DNA from: Octopus sinensis
Taxonomy: Eukaryota
Length of the DNA stretch: 64,000 nucleotides
Direction of reading: 5' to 3'
Assembly: GCF_006345805.1 (NCBI RefSeq)
Contig: NC_043009.1
Coordinates: 43,772,001 to 43,836,000 of the forward strand
The notes beneath the pieces are model-generated. The model made no database searches. It was not told where the DNA came from and saw nothing but the letters and a program-made list of their open reading frames with translations. The number at the start of each line of letters is the position of its first letter. The first letter of the stretch is position 1. Below, piece after piece: positions 13,182 through 27,244 of this stretch. Both the position numbers and the translations under genes were made by a program.

Positions 13182-14222
13182 ATGTCTTTTATCCTTTCGG
13201 AGTCGATAAATTAAAGTACGCCGAACAGAAAGCATAACGACATTTCTTCTGGCTTTATGCTCTCAGTTTAAACTCCGCAGATGGTGATTTTTGCCTTTCA
13301 TCCCTTCGAAGTCGATAAAATAAGTACCAGTTGAACACTGGGGTCAATGACACCGACTGGTCTTGTCCCCGAACCCCACCCGCCCCACCCCCAAAATTTC
13401 AAACCTTGTGCCTATGAAAGAATTATTATTGTTATTGCTATTTTGTTTGTTTACTGTTGTTGCTATTTTGTTTGTTGTTGTTGTTGTTGTTGTTGTTCTT
13501 ACTGTAAGGGTGAATAGCCAGAATAGTAAGAGCGTTGAACAAGACGTTTAGCAGTTTGGCTGCTGTTCTTTATGTTCTGAGTTCAAATCCTGCCAAAATC
13601 AACTTTTTCTTTTCATATCCCTCCCAGGTTAATATAATCTTTTCTACTCTAGGCACAAGGCCTGAAATTTGGTGAGTGGGGGAGGGAAGGATTAAGTCGA
13701 TTACATCGACCCCAAAAGGATGAAAAGCAAAGTCGACCTCGGCAGAATTTGAACTCAGACGTAGCGACGGGCGATATACCGCTAAGCATTCTGTCAAGCG
13801 TTCTAACGATTCTTATTTCTTTATTACCCACAGAGAGGACAAACAAGGACAGACAAACGGATTAAGTCTATTACATTGATCCCAGTGCTTAACTGGTACT
13901 TAATTTATCGACCCCGAAAGGATGAAAGGCAAAGTCGACCTCGGCGGAATTTGAACTCAGAACGTAGCGGCAGACGAAATACCTATTTCTATTTTTTTAC
14001 TACCCAAAAGGGGCTAAACACAGAGAGGACAAACAAGGACAGACAAACGGATTAAGTCGATTACATTGATCCCAGTGCGTAACTGGTACTTAATTTATCG
14101 ACCCCGAAAGGACGAAAAGCAAAGTCGGCCTCGGCGGAATTTGAACTCAGAACGTAACGGCAGACGAAATGGCGCTAAGCATTTCGCCCGGCGTGCTAAC
14201 GTTTCTGCCAGCTCGCTGCCTT
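13180..14222 (-). mobile_element. SINE family B cluster: plus-strand remnants (13180-13630) and a minus-strand head-to-tail array (13650-14222)
   Basis: Repeated ~180-bp unit GGACAAACAAGGACAGACAAACGGATTAAGTCG...GGAATTTGAACTCAGAACGTA ending in a complete head at 14222. Confidence 0.9.
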
Positions 14223-14534
14223 CTTCCGGGGTTAATATAATACGATGCAGCAGTCAATGCCAGAGGTCAATGTTATCGCCTGACGTCATTCTCCCTTAGA
14301 TTTCAAGTCTTGTACATCTGCTAGAAACCAATATAAGTTAAAATGACATCCATTTTTTGTTCGTTGGGTTTTATTGAATGTTAATCTACCCCACCATTTC
14401 TCATCCGTTAATCTAGAAAATATATTAGGAGGACGAATTGATAAGAATTGGTAAGAATTTGAACTCAGGAGAATCAAGACAAAACAGCTTGCTCGTTTCA
14501 AGTTTCTCTTGTTTTACCAGCACTACCTGTTGCT

Positions 14535-15440
14535 ATGTATGTGTGTGTATGAGCGTGAATGTGTGAGAGTGTGAGAGAGAGAGAGAGAGAGAGAGTGTGT
14601 GTGTGTGTGCATGTGTGTGTGTATGTGTGTGTGTGTGTGTGACACAATGTGTATGTGTTTATATATGTGTGTGAGTATATGTACGTGTGAATGTGAGAGC
14701 GTGTGTTTACGTATAAGTTTGTGTGTGAGTGTGTGTATGTGTGTGTTAGTGTGTGTGCATGTTACTGTGTGAGTGTGTGTACATGTGTATGTGTTAGTGT
14801 GTGTGCATGTTACTGTGTGTGAGTGTGTGTACGTGTGTATGTGTTAGTGTGTGTGCATGTTACTGTGTATGAGTGTGTGTACGTGTGTATGTGTTAGTGT
14901 GTGTGCATGTTACTGTGTGTGAGCGTGTGTACGTGTGTATGTGTTAGTGTGTGTGCATGTTACTGTGTGTGAGAGATAGAATATGTTTATGTATGTGCTT
15001 ATGTGTGTGTGTGTGACAGAGTGTGTGTGTATGTGATAGAGTGTTTGTGTGTGTAAGAGAGAGAGAGAGAGAGAGAGTGCGTGTGTATGTGAGTAGATGT
15101 ATGTGTGAGTGTGAGAGAAAGAGTGTGTGTGTGTGAGTGTGTGTGTGTGTGTGCGTGTGTCTTTATGCATGAGACAGCGAGTGTGTATGGATTTGTGTAT
15201 CTGTGTTTACGTGAACATGTCTGATTCTGCATGCGTATGCATGTGTGTGTGTATGCATGTGTCTGTGTGTGTGTGTGTGTCTGTGTGTGTTGAATACCTG
15301 CACGCATGTATGAGTGTGTACTTATCTGTCTGTATATCAGTGTGCATGCACGCGTGAGGCTGCCTATATGCATACACGTGCACATACGTGCCTGCTCCTA
15401 GGTGTATGTACATGCGTATGTATGAATGTGTAAGTGTGAA
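14535..15440. repeat. (GT)n-rich tract with a 50-bp higher-order unit
   Basis: GTGTTAGTGTGTGTGCATGTTACTGTG recurs at 14743, 14791, 14841, 14891 and 14941. Confidence 0.93.
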
Positions 15441-15810
15441 TATGTCGTGGGTAGATGACGGTTGATAACATATCAAAGCCATTGTCTCAGAATTGGGTAT
15501 GATATAGCCAACCCGATCCTGACCTTCACTGACAAAACAACAAAATTGGCATGTGTCAAGAAGGCTTCTTTTTTCTTTGTTTTTTCTTTTTCAAGGTTAA
15601 AGGCTGGTTCCTCCTTTCTTGTAAAAATGGAAGGGAGTATCAGAATTTCTTTGCTTCTTCTACGATCGAAGAAATGCCGGAACAGTACTTCTGTTATTGA
15701 CCTTTAAATAATTAATTTCCAAGAAATTTGGTAAGATTCGATGCCATTTCCGCTTTTAATCACAACCCCTTGACAGCCTCTGTACCAGGCATAAGCAGAC
15801 TTTTTCCAGA

Positions 15811-16022
15811 AGCGGGCTGGATGAGATGTGGTTCATCGTCATCATGAGATGTGAATCATCAACAGGCGGGCCGCATGAGATGTGAATCATCATCAGGTGG
15901 GCCGCATGAGATACAGACCATCATCAAGCGGGCCTCATGAGATGTGTTTCCTCGTTAAGGTGGCCACATGAGATGTGAATCATCGTCAAGTGGGCCGCAT
16001 GAGATATGGCTCATCGTCAGGC
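15811..16022. repeat. 31-bp minisatellite, about 7 units
   Basis: Consensus GGCGGGCCGCATGAGATGTGAATCATCGTCA. Confidence 0.9.
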
Positions 16023-17439
16023 AAATCGATTACATCGACTTAGTATTTGGCTGGTACTTTATTTTATCAACCCCGAGAGGATAAAAGGCTAAGTTGAACT
16101 CGATGGGGTTTGAACTGGGAAACACCAGCTTAATAATAGCAAAATTATTTTATCAGATGTTTCATTATTTTCAAAATTAATTGAAACAACTGCAGTATTT
16201 GGTACAGAAATTTGGTAATAAAAGGGTTATTTGTCATACACGTCTCGCCATATTTCTCATTAGTCTAGGTTAAAGGTTTTTCCTATATCATAAGTTATTT
16301 TCACATGAAAGTCTCAGATTATTATTCTTCGGTGAAAAGAGAGAAAAAAAAAGAAGTGTTAACTTAATTGGCTCCAACGTCAGATTTTCGAGTTACCTAA
16401 ATGCGGCATTATAATCTCTTAATGGGATTACACGCAAAGTTAGGCACGTGTTTAAGAGCATTCTTTGTGGAATAACATTTGCCATTCTCTAGATAGTATG
16501 CTAAATCTACTTTCATTTATATCGAAATCTCTAAAGTCTCCTGAGACTTCTGTTATTTAATATGAGATTTTACAGTTAATGCTTAAACCTCACCGCTATC
16601 GTTTTCACTGCAAACAATTCAAAAAAGCCTCCAAGTAGTTTTGGTAAGAATTAACGAAGTCAAATAATAGCAGTCGTCCTTTGCAATTCTGTAGAGAATG
16701 CCACATTTCTTTTAATTGGAATGCCTAACAATAGAGAGAACTGCTAAACAAGGTCACAGTTCATGAGATATACGTGTGTTTGTGTTAAACAATTAAAGAA
16801 ATAAAAAAAAATCTTCTGATTTTGATACTTTCGAAATCTCAAAGTAAGTAACAAATATGTTTTTCTTTGTTTCGTTTCTTGTTTGTTTGTTTGTTTGTTG
16901 GGTTTCTCTTTTTTTTTTTTTTTCGTTTGTTTCTAAGAATTTGAAGTAACGAAAATAACCCCCCTCCCCTCCCCAAAAAAAATCAAGAACAAAAGCCAAA
17001 AATATAAGACCATGTGTAGTGTATTTTTATGCTTGTCTAAATATAAATTTACTAGTGATAGGTGCCTATAGTATTTCTTACGAGAGAGAGAGAGAGAGAG
17101 AAAAAAAAATACGGAGATTAAGTTGTCGAAATGCGACTCACAGCAAGAGTGCCAACAGACTGGCACCAGCCAGTATTTCGTTCCTGATTTTAATCTAATA
17201 CTGGAATCACAGTGGAAAGGTATTCCTGTTTCAAAAGAACAACTTCCAGAGACCATAACACAGCCAGATATAAACAATTTCTCCTGGATATTTTGCAATG
17301 ATACAGACACAGACAGAATTCGGTGTAGAGTTTTCGTTGAAGACGTCGTTGCGAGTATATATCAGCGTCACATTGACCCAAGCACTTTCAAATCGCCCCT
17401 TGAAAAAGTTAGGATCATTGTGATCAATAATAATAATAA

Positions 17440-17658
17440 CCCTTTCTACTAAAGGCAGAAGACCTGAAATTATGGGGGAAGGGGACTAGTCGATTACATC
17501 GACCCCAGTGTTCACCTGGTACTTAATTTATCGACCCCCGAAAGGATAAAAGGCAAAGTCGACCCCGGCGGAATTTGAATTTAGAACGTAGCGGCAGACG
17601 AAATACTGCTAAGCATTTTTTCGCTCGGCGTGCAAACAGTTTCTGCCAGCTCACTGCC

Positions 17659-17698
<40 letters not shown>

Positions 17699-18375
17699 CG
17701 ATGATGATGAGAGGGACGAAACAAACAGACATAAAGTGTTGGGGTTTACATACAATGAAATGATAAAGTAAGGAAATAATAAAAGGAAAAATAAAATAAT
17801 CCTTTCTACTATAGGCACAAGGCATGAAATTTGGAGGGAGGGTCCGAGTCGCTTACACCGACCCCAGTGTTGCAACTGGTACTTATTTCATGGAACCCGA
17901 AAGGATGAAAGACAAAGTCGACCTCGGTAGAATTTGAACTCAATACGTAAAGACGGGTGAAATACCCATTTCTTCACTACCCACAAGGGGCTAAACACAG
18001 AGGGGACAAACAAGGACAGACAAACGGATTAAGTCGATTATATCGACCCCAGTGCGTAACTGGTACTTAATTTATCGACCCCGAAAGGATGAAAGGCAAA
18101 GTCGACCTCGGCGGAATTTGAACTCACAACGTAACGGCAGGCGAAATACCTATTTCGTATTTCTTTACTACCCACAAGGGGATAAACACAGAGAGGACAA
18201 ACAAACGGATTAAGTCGATTATATCGACCCCCAGTGCGTAACTGGTACTTATTTCATCAAACCCGAAAGGATGAAAGGCAAACTCGACTTTGGTGGAATT
18301 TGAACTCAGGACGTAAAGACGGGTGAAATACCGCAAAGCATTTTGCCGACGTGCCGACGAGTCTGCCAGCCCGCC
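17440..18375 (-). mobile_element. SINE family B: single copy (17440-17660) and tandem array of three units (17800-18375)
   Basis: Core ATCGACCCCGAAAGGATGAAAGGCAAAGTCGACC is repeated; junctions read GAAATACC(C/T)ATTTC. Confidence 0.9.
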
Positions 18376-18771
18376 AATGATATAATGAAAACAATGATAA
18401 TAAAAGAATTAGGTTCTATAACCTTCAAATAAATAAACAGGCATACATTTCACGAGCATGCTAACAAGTCGAAAAAGTGGGGAGATATCCATGTAGATTT
18501 TATCAGCGAAACAGATATGAAAGTTTAAGCTAAACCAATGGAAAGACACTGTGACATATTGTGACATTATGGTATTTAAAGAGCACGGAACACTATAATC
18601 TGCTATTGCCGTTGACTCAGAGGCCAAAACAAAAACAATAAATATATAAAAAGTGAAAGAAAGAAAATGAAGGTTTTCTGAGATTGACTGTAATCGTAGA
18701 ATTTCTCTTGGTGGAAAAAGAGAAACTTGGAAAACAACGATGCATATTTATGGTTTATTTGCAATATTGTT

Positions 18772-18981
18772 CCGGAGATGTACTTGCATAGCAAGTGATT
18801 TGATCTGAGATCGTGTGCTGGAACGAAAACAATTGCAGCGTGGAAGGTGTTTGTAAGTCATTTAAGAAACACACAAAAGCCGTTCGATTCACTTCAACAT
18901 TTAAGTTTAATTTGTCAAAATATTTTCGTCGCTATAAGACCGCGACTTGTTCACTGACAAAATCCGTGCTGCATCTCTTGG
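18772..18981 (-). mobile_element. 210-bp non-autonomous element with 14-bp target-site duplication and an internal hammerhead-shaped fold
   Basis: TTTGCAATATTGTT at 18758-18771 and 18982-18995; imperfect terminal inverted GAGATG.A / TGCATCTC. Confidence 0.75.
18911..18961 (-). ncRNA. Hammerhead-like fold with non-canonical core
   Basis: TTTGTCA-GTGAACAA-GTCGC(9 nt)GCGAC-GAAA-ATAT-TT-TGACAAA: 7-bp helix I, 5-bp helix II and palindromic helix III, but the core is not CUGANGA. Confidence 0.5.
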
Positions 18982-19030
18982 TTTGCAATATTGTTTAATC
19001 CATCTAATGTCGACATGTCTTAATTTCAGA

Positions 19031-19259
19031 ATAAAATAGCAATTATTGATCCATTTATCTTATGGTTGAGGGTTGTTATACCAGGGATTAATATTGCGTC
19101 TTTATCTCACCATAAAATAGCAGCTATTTATCTATTTATTTTGTGAGTTAGGGTGTTTAATCACGGATTAATATTGTGTCTTTATCCGTAGTAAAGTAGC
19201 AACTATTGATCCCTATATCGCGCGGTTGACGGTCTTTTACCACACATTAATATCGCGGT
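19031..19259. repeat. Tandem repeat, three diverged units of about 80 bp
   Basis: Units begin RTAAARTAGCA at 19031, 19112 and 19191 and contain ATTAATAT. Confidence 0.85.
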
Positions 19260-19889
19260 AAAATATCCTTCATAACTCTGTCGCTCGTCAAGAGCCGTTA
19301 TATTACGAAGACTGATATTTCTTTTCATGAAACGGCCGCAACCGAGATGTGTTTCACCACACTGTACCACGAATCTAATATCTGTGTTCCTAATTAGTAC
19401 GCCCTCAATTCCATGTTTCGTGCCTCAGACAATTACATTAATATCGTTGATGAGTTTTCGTCTTCTATTCGGGTGCGGAACCCTCCAAATAAAGCATACT
19501 ATATAGCTTAGTGTTCGGTACCATAGTAGCAGCCAGCAAACCAGCAATAGTAGATATGGGTGGAATGTGTCCATAAATCTCCTCTCTAGTCTTGGGCTCA
19601 TAAAATGAGATGTTTTAAGTCATCATGAGAAGCCTAGCGTATGTACTGTCAAGTCGATCTTAAAACTTCCGCTACGTTATCATTGCTAATGAGGGATCCT
19701 TCAATATACAGTCGTTCTAATCACTAAAAACAACAGCCAAACATCACTCAAATCAAATCCTGATAAAAAAAACAAAAGGTCACAGCTGGGACGCTTTTGG
19801 TCATAGGTTTACTGGTTTGGGTTTGACTACCAGCTAAACAATTACAAGAACCGGGTTACACTCAAAAGTTTCATTTTTTATAATTTAGA

Positions 19890-20325
19890 TGCAAAGAGCA
19901 GCAGTTTTGAGGGGAGGGTTTTGGTTGATAGCACCTGGATCAGTAAGTTACTGGTACTATATTTTATCGACCCCTGACGGACGAAAGGCAAAGTTGACCT
20001 TGGTGGTATTTGATCACAGAATGCAAAGAATCAAAATGAATACGGTAAAGCATTTTCCGATGTTCTAACGATTCTGCCAGTTCGCCGTTCTTCCTCATGT
20101 CTACGATATCTAATTTAGGAACAGATCCAGCAGTTTTGAGGAGATGGGTTTTAGCTGATACTACCGACCCCACTAATTGACTAGTACTTATTTTATCAAT
20201 ACTGAAAAGATTAAAGCAAAAATAGCACTAGCTGGGATTGAACTCAGAAGGTAAAGAGTTACCGGGTCAAATTCCACAATGGATTTTTTTTCCACCGGCA
20301 AGCTAACGATTCTACCAGCTGCTCG
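19890..20325 (-). mobile_element. Two adjacent diverged SINE family B copies
   Basis: Each has CAGCAGTTTTGAGG...GGTACT...AAAGGCAAA...TAACGATTCT(G/A)CCAG. Confidence 0.75.
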
Positions 20326-20761
20326 ACTTTCCCCTCGTCTATAATTAAATATCTAAAGACAGGATTATCTCGTAGTGACACACTCACAGCGACCGATATA
20401 GAAAAGTATCTACGACGAAGCCTGCCAAGTATGAGATACAGGTTCGTTTCCCGAGCGAACCATTATTATTTTTTTTTTTTTGGCTACATCTCCTCATTAC
20501 TGATATTATTCAACCGTAGTTAATAAGTTAGATAAGTATGGACCCCAGTAGGCTAACGTGCTCACGACAGCCTTCAATATAAAGGCGAAACCTTTTGGTA
20601 GTGTTTCACCGCCGTGTCAATAAGAAAGGTTGGGCGACATATTCACATCTGATTATCAGTTACAGCTCCAGTTACACCCCAAGTTATGTAAATATAACTT
20701 TATACTCTAATATCTTAAACAGGCAAACTCTACACAGATATTTAAACCTTCAATCTATCTA

Positions 20762-21360
20762 ACTTCTCTCTCTCCCTCTCGCCCCTATCTCTCTCTCTCT
20801 CTCTCTTGCTCCTCACACTCTCTCTCTCTCTCTCGTCCCTTTCTCTCGCCCCCTTTTCTCTCGCTCCCTCTTATTCTCGTGCTCTCTCTCTCTCTCATCC
20901 CTCTCACTCTCGCCCCCTTTCTCTCGCGCTCTCTCTCTCATCCCTCTCACTCTCGCCTTCTCTCACACTCACCCCCTCTCACCCTCGCCCCCCTCTCTCT
21001 CTCTCTCGCCCCATCCCTCTCTCGCTCCCTCTTTTTCTCTTGCCCCTCTCACTCTCTCACCCTTTCTCTCTCTCTTCTTTCTCTCTCACCCCTTCTTTCT
21101 CACTCCTTTCTCGTCTTGTCATTTTCTCTCTCCCTTCTTTCCTTCATTCCCCTTACTTTCTCTTTTCCTCACTTTCCCTTCTCTCTCTCTCTCTCTCTAC
21201 CTGCTATTTATCCGCACACACACTCTCTCTCACTTATTCTCACTCCCTCTTTCTTTCTTCTACACTTACCATCTCTTTTCTGTCCTTCTCTCCCTCTTTT
21301 TCTCTCTCTCTCTCTCGCCCCTCTCCCTATCCCTCACTCCTTCACCCTCCCTCCCTCTCC
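20762..21360. repeat. Degenerate (CT)n polypyrimidine tract
   Basis: Directly visible. Confidence 0.93.
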
Positions 21361-21479
21361 AGCCTTATTCTAGTTGATTTAGTGAGGTTCCCCAAGATGG
21401 AATTACACTATTGTGATATTTATTCTTAAAGTACGCTGAAGGTAAGATTAGAAATGGTAAAGTTGATAGCATTCTTTTG

Positions 21480-22040
21480 TTGTTTAGCTTTAAATCAGCC
21501 CTGACCGAGCCGACCTATGTTCAATGACGTTCCTGTCGTGACCACCCCGTCTCTTTTTCCTCACATCAACTGCATTATCCAATGTGTCTGTCTTTTATTT
21601 TTCGGACAGTGTTGTGCAATTTGTGGGAGGTTTAGTTGCTATCTTTAGATCTAGAAACCATATACGGACGACCAATGATCAAAAGCGTTCCAGTTATGAC
21701 CATCCTGTCTCTTTCTTTTTTCTTTTGTTTTTTTTTCTGTCAGTGATCTACAATAGCATTATGCAATAAGCTATTGCTTGTTTCTCAGACAGTGTCGTGG
21801 AATTTGTGATTGGTTCGGCAGCTATATCTGCCAGACAGAATGACCACAAAATAATGACCATATAGAATCGACTATTGATCAAAAGCGTTCCAGTCATCAC
21901 CATCTCGTCTCTTTTTTATTCAGACACCTACAACTGTATTATCCAATATGCCTTTTCCTTTTTCAGATACTATGGTACAATTTGTAGGAGATCTTGCTGC
22001 TATTTCTAGCATATCTAGTGATCACGAAGAGGCTCTGTCT
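21480..22040 (-). repeat. Three tandem units of repeat family D
   Basis: TGATCAAAAGCGTTCCAG and CATTATCCAAT motifs recur three times at 160-200 bp spacing. Confidence 0.8.
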
Positions 22041-22559
22041 TTTCTCCTTTACAGATTAGTGAAGTTGGAAATAATCATTTCTTTAAAATATTTGGTGTGA
22101 TTAGAAATTTGTAATTGTAATTTGCAATTAAGGAATTAAAGTAAAAATACAGACTTCACACATTTAATTTCTTTTTCTTTTTCTTTCTTTTTTGTTTACT
22201 TATTTCGAAGTCCTTTAAAAAACTAAAGCAAACCAACACACTACTCTGCAGCCATACAATGGGGTTGCAACATATATTTTACAGGCATGTAGTTTAACTT
22301 TATTGAGAGGAGGGATTTGGCAGAGTCGGAAGAGCGCTGAATAAAAGGTAAAGTGGAATTTATGTCTCTCTACACACTGATTTCCAATCCACACAGCTGA
22401 TATTTCGAAATCGATAAAAAAAAAACGTATCAATCCAGAACAGTGTATTGGCGGAACTATTAGAGAGTCGTGAAAAATACCTTGTAGTGTTTGATCCGGC
22501 TTTTTGCCTTCTGTCAGCAATGCACAAGCTCTATCGACCCAAGTGAAACCTCAATGTAA

Positions 22560-22800
22560 TTATCGGGGAGAATCAACATGACACAGTTTGACAAAAGTGA
22601 ACTTTTAAATTACACGATCTGCGATCTATCCATCCGTCCATCCGATAGGTTTCCACACAATTTCCGTCCACCCAATTTTATTCCCTATGCTGAATAGTTT
22701 TAAAGCTATAAGAACGTCATTTGCCCATGACACCACACAGTTGGTTCGAAACCACGACTTCATAATTGCTGAGTAAGCTTCTTAAGCATTCGGCCATACT
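22560..22800 (-). mobile_element. Old chimeric SINE (family A-like head/core with family C-like tail)
   Basis: TTTCCGTCCACCCAATTT and TTGCCCATGACACCAC match family A; GGGGAGAATCAACATGACACAG matches the family C tail. Confidence 0.55.
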
Positions 22801-22821
22801 GTACTCTGGTATCGAAACAAA

Positions 22822-23040
22822 TTTGCTATAAAAACAATAGCTAAACTATAGCCTATAAAATAGTCAATTTCCTACAAAAACTATGACTGATAGTTCTGAC
22901 ATAGAAGCTTTAGCTAAGCTATGGCCCGCATAGAACACTAGTTGCCGTAGATATTATAGCAGTCTATAGCTTACACTATATACTATTTCCTATAGAAACT
23001 ACAGCTAAGCTGTAGACTATGCAGTCTACTATTTGCTAAC
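22822..23040. repeat. Degenerate tandem repeat built from CTATAG/TAGCTA palindromes
   Basis: Recurrent TAGAAACTATAGCTAAGCTATAG-like units. Confidence 0.65.
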
Positions 23041-23268
23041 CCTATAAAGCATCTTCTAACTGAAATTACTAAGTCTCTCCAAACGAAGTTCTCAAATTAT
23101 AAAATCACTTTGATAACTCGTAGACATGTTAGAACAGTTGACTCCAGCGCAAAACCCCGTTGTTTCCTTAATTCATAAAATCTAAGTGATTTCATTGTTT
23201 TTCCAATAAGGGTTATGTTTTCCCCGAATAGAAATTATTTTCCTCTAAAAAATAGTGGTTTTTCTTAA

Positions 23269-23512
23269 CCCCTTTACTGCGAAAAACAGATATAACCATT
23301 CAAAATTTAATTACCCTTAACTGCGGAAGGCAATTTTATAAACCAATCTATCTTTCGTTGAGGGACGTCATGTGTGAATCTATTTTCCATTGGGATATGC
23401 CAAGTTTACTGAGGCAACGTAACTTGCAGAAAATTCTAATTCTACCTGTTGGTAGATATTTATTTACGTCGTTAATAGCATAACCATGAAATCTTATTTC
23501 GCAGTGAAAGAG
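23269..23512. mobile_element. piggyBac-type MITE
   Basis: TTAA at 23265-23268 and 23513-23516. Left end CCCCTTTACTGCGAAAAACAGAT versus reverse-complemented right end CTCTTTCACTGCGAAATAAGAT. Confidence 0.82.
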
Positions 23513-24228
23513 TTAAATTGACAAAATAAGGTCACGAAGGAACATCAGAGTTAGGGATGCGGTCATCATCGATTGAATTGGCGCCAGAACATGAAGAAAT
23601 CTTATTCTGAAGGCATCTAGAACATTGAGAAACAAAAATCAACTCCAATAGGTTTTGAACTTTGCAGGAACGAAACTAAATATTGTTTGGCTTTCAATCT
23701 GTCATGCTTCTGTTTCGGTCGTTTAGATGCTTTCAATTTTTCTCGAAGAATATTGATTTATTGATTGAATTACAGAATAGAATGGTAGGCACACTTACCC
23801 TTCTGGAAGCATATCACTTGCTTTACGGTGCTAGTCATTCTACTTATGAGATATAGATCTTTATGGTAACGTAACAGCAACCATATATATAGCTCTTTGT
23901 GGTGGCTGAGTCTGCAACTAACTTTACTTTCACTGACATATGAGCTCTTAACGTCTTTAGTGTGTGACAAAGTTGAACCTTTTAATTATTGATACAATCA
24001 ACACAACGGCTTCCACACAATTTCCACCATTCATTCTTTCATTCATTAATCCTCTTATTCATTAATCCACCAATTCATTCATTCATTCATTCATTTATTC
24101 ATTCATTCATTCACATTTATCTTTAAACTCACCGAAACTACGCTGATTCAGGTCTCTGTACGTGACAAGAAGCCTTCGGTGTTTAATTTGTCCTTTTCCA
24201 TTTCCATATTCCACTGAGGATTTTTATC

Positions 24229-25700
<1,472 letters not shown>

Positions 25701-26263
25701 CCTCCTCCTTATCCTATCCTCCTCCTCCTGCTCCCCTCCCCCTTTAGTATTTCGATTGTTGTACGTTATCTAGACTATACAATTACCAAAAGTAATTGTC
25801 TTCAAGTATCGCACAACCGTAAAGGGAGCCAGCCCCTTCCTTATCTCCCTACTCCCCCCTCGCCCCCACTCTCTCTCTCTCTCTCTCTCTCCTTTTCTCT
25901 GATTCTTCCCGACCACCACACCCGAGGTGGAGAATACCTCAACTTCACCACCCCGACCACGACCACCACCACCAATGCTATCAGTTGTTTTTATCTATGT
26001 TGCCCCCCACCCTCACTGTTTTTATTGCTCCAGTGGTTGTCGTTGTTTCTCATTGTTTCCATTGATGCTGCCGATGTAAATGGTGCTTCTGTTGTTTTAG
26101 GTCCCTCATTTTTTTAGTATCTGCTTTTTTGGGGGTTGTTTTTAAGGGGATACAATCAGTAAAACGAAGAACGACAGGCTAAATTTTCGAAGATATTGTA
26201 TTATATACCATTTTTTTACGTTCTGGGTTCAAATCACCCTGAAGTCGATATTACATCTCATCA

Positions 26264-26500
26264 AGGCGGCGAGCTGACAGAAACGTTAGCACACCGGGCG
26301 AAATGCGTAGCCGTATTTCGTCTGCCGTTACGTTCTGAGTTCAAATTCCGCCGAGGTCGACTTTGCCTTTCATCATTTCGGGGTCGATTAAACAAGTACC
26401 AGTTATGCACTGGGGTCGATATAATCGACTTATTCCGTTTGCCTGTCCTTGTTTGTCCCCTCTGTGTTTAGCCCCTTGTGGGTAGTAAGGAAATAGATAT
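26264..26500 (+). mobile_element. SINE family B, full-length copy
   Basis: GGCGGCGAGCTGACAGAAACGTTAGC head, GAGTTCAAATTCC B-box-like motif, GCCTTTCATCATTTCGGGGTCGAT..AAGTACCAG core, tail GCCCCTTGTGGGTAGTAAGGAAATAG. Confidence 0.9.
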
Positions 26501-26756
26501 TACCGCTCATCGTTTTGAAGCCAATGGAATAAATAATAGGTTCTAATTTAAATACAAAGGATACAAATATTTGAAGAGAGGGTGGGGTTAGTGGATCCGA
26601 TACTATTGACCCCAGAAGTTGATTGGTACTTTGTTTTATTGATCCCGAAGAGATCAAAGATGCCGTCGGGATTCGAACTTAAAACGAAAAGAACCAGAAC
26701 GAATAAAAGGTATGATGAGATTATGATTCTCCGATTTTCTTCACCATCATCCTCAT

Positions 26757-27179
26757 TCTTCTTCTTCTTCTTCTTCTTCTCCTTCTTTTTATTCTTCTTC
26801 TTCTTCTTCTTCTTTTTCTTCTTCTTGTTCTTGTTCTTGTTCTTCTTCTTCTCCTTCTTTTTATTCTTCTTCTTCTTCTTCTTCTTTTTCTTCTTCTTGT
26901 TCTGGTTCTTGTTCTTCTTCTTCTTCTCTTCTTCTTCTTCTTCTTCTTCTTCTTCTTCTTCTTCTTCTTCTTCTTCTTCAAAATTGTTGTTGTTGTTATT
27001 TGAGACTGGAAGAATCGCTACTGCGGCGTATAAAATGTTCAGCGGTATATCTTCCGGCTCTTTGCCGTCTGAATTCAAATTCCGCTGAGGTCGGCTTTTC
27101 TCCTTTTTCATTCTTTCGGAGTCGATGAAATCGACTAAACCCCTTTCTCCAAATTTTGGTCTTTGTGCCTGTAAGAGAA

Positions 27180-27244
<65 letters not shown>

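Noticed and set aside
15811-16022. CRISPR-like regularly spaced repeat
   Set aside because: Units are contiguous with no unique spacers, there are no cas genes, and the context is eukaryotic.
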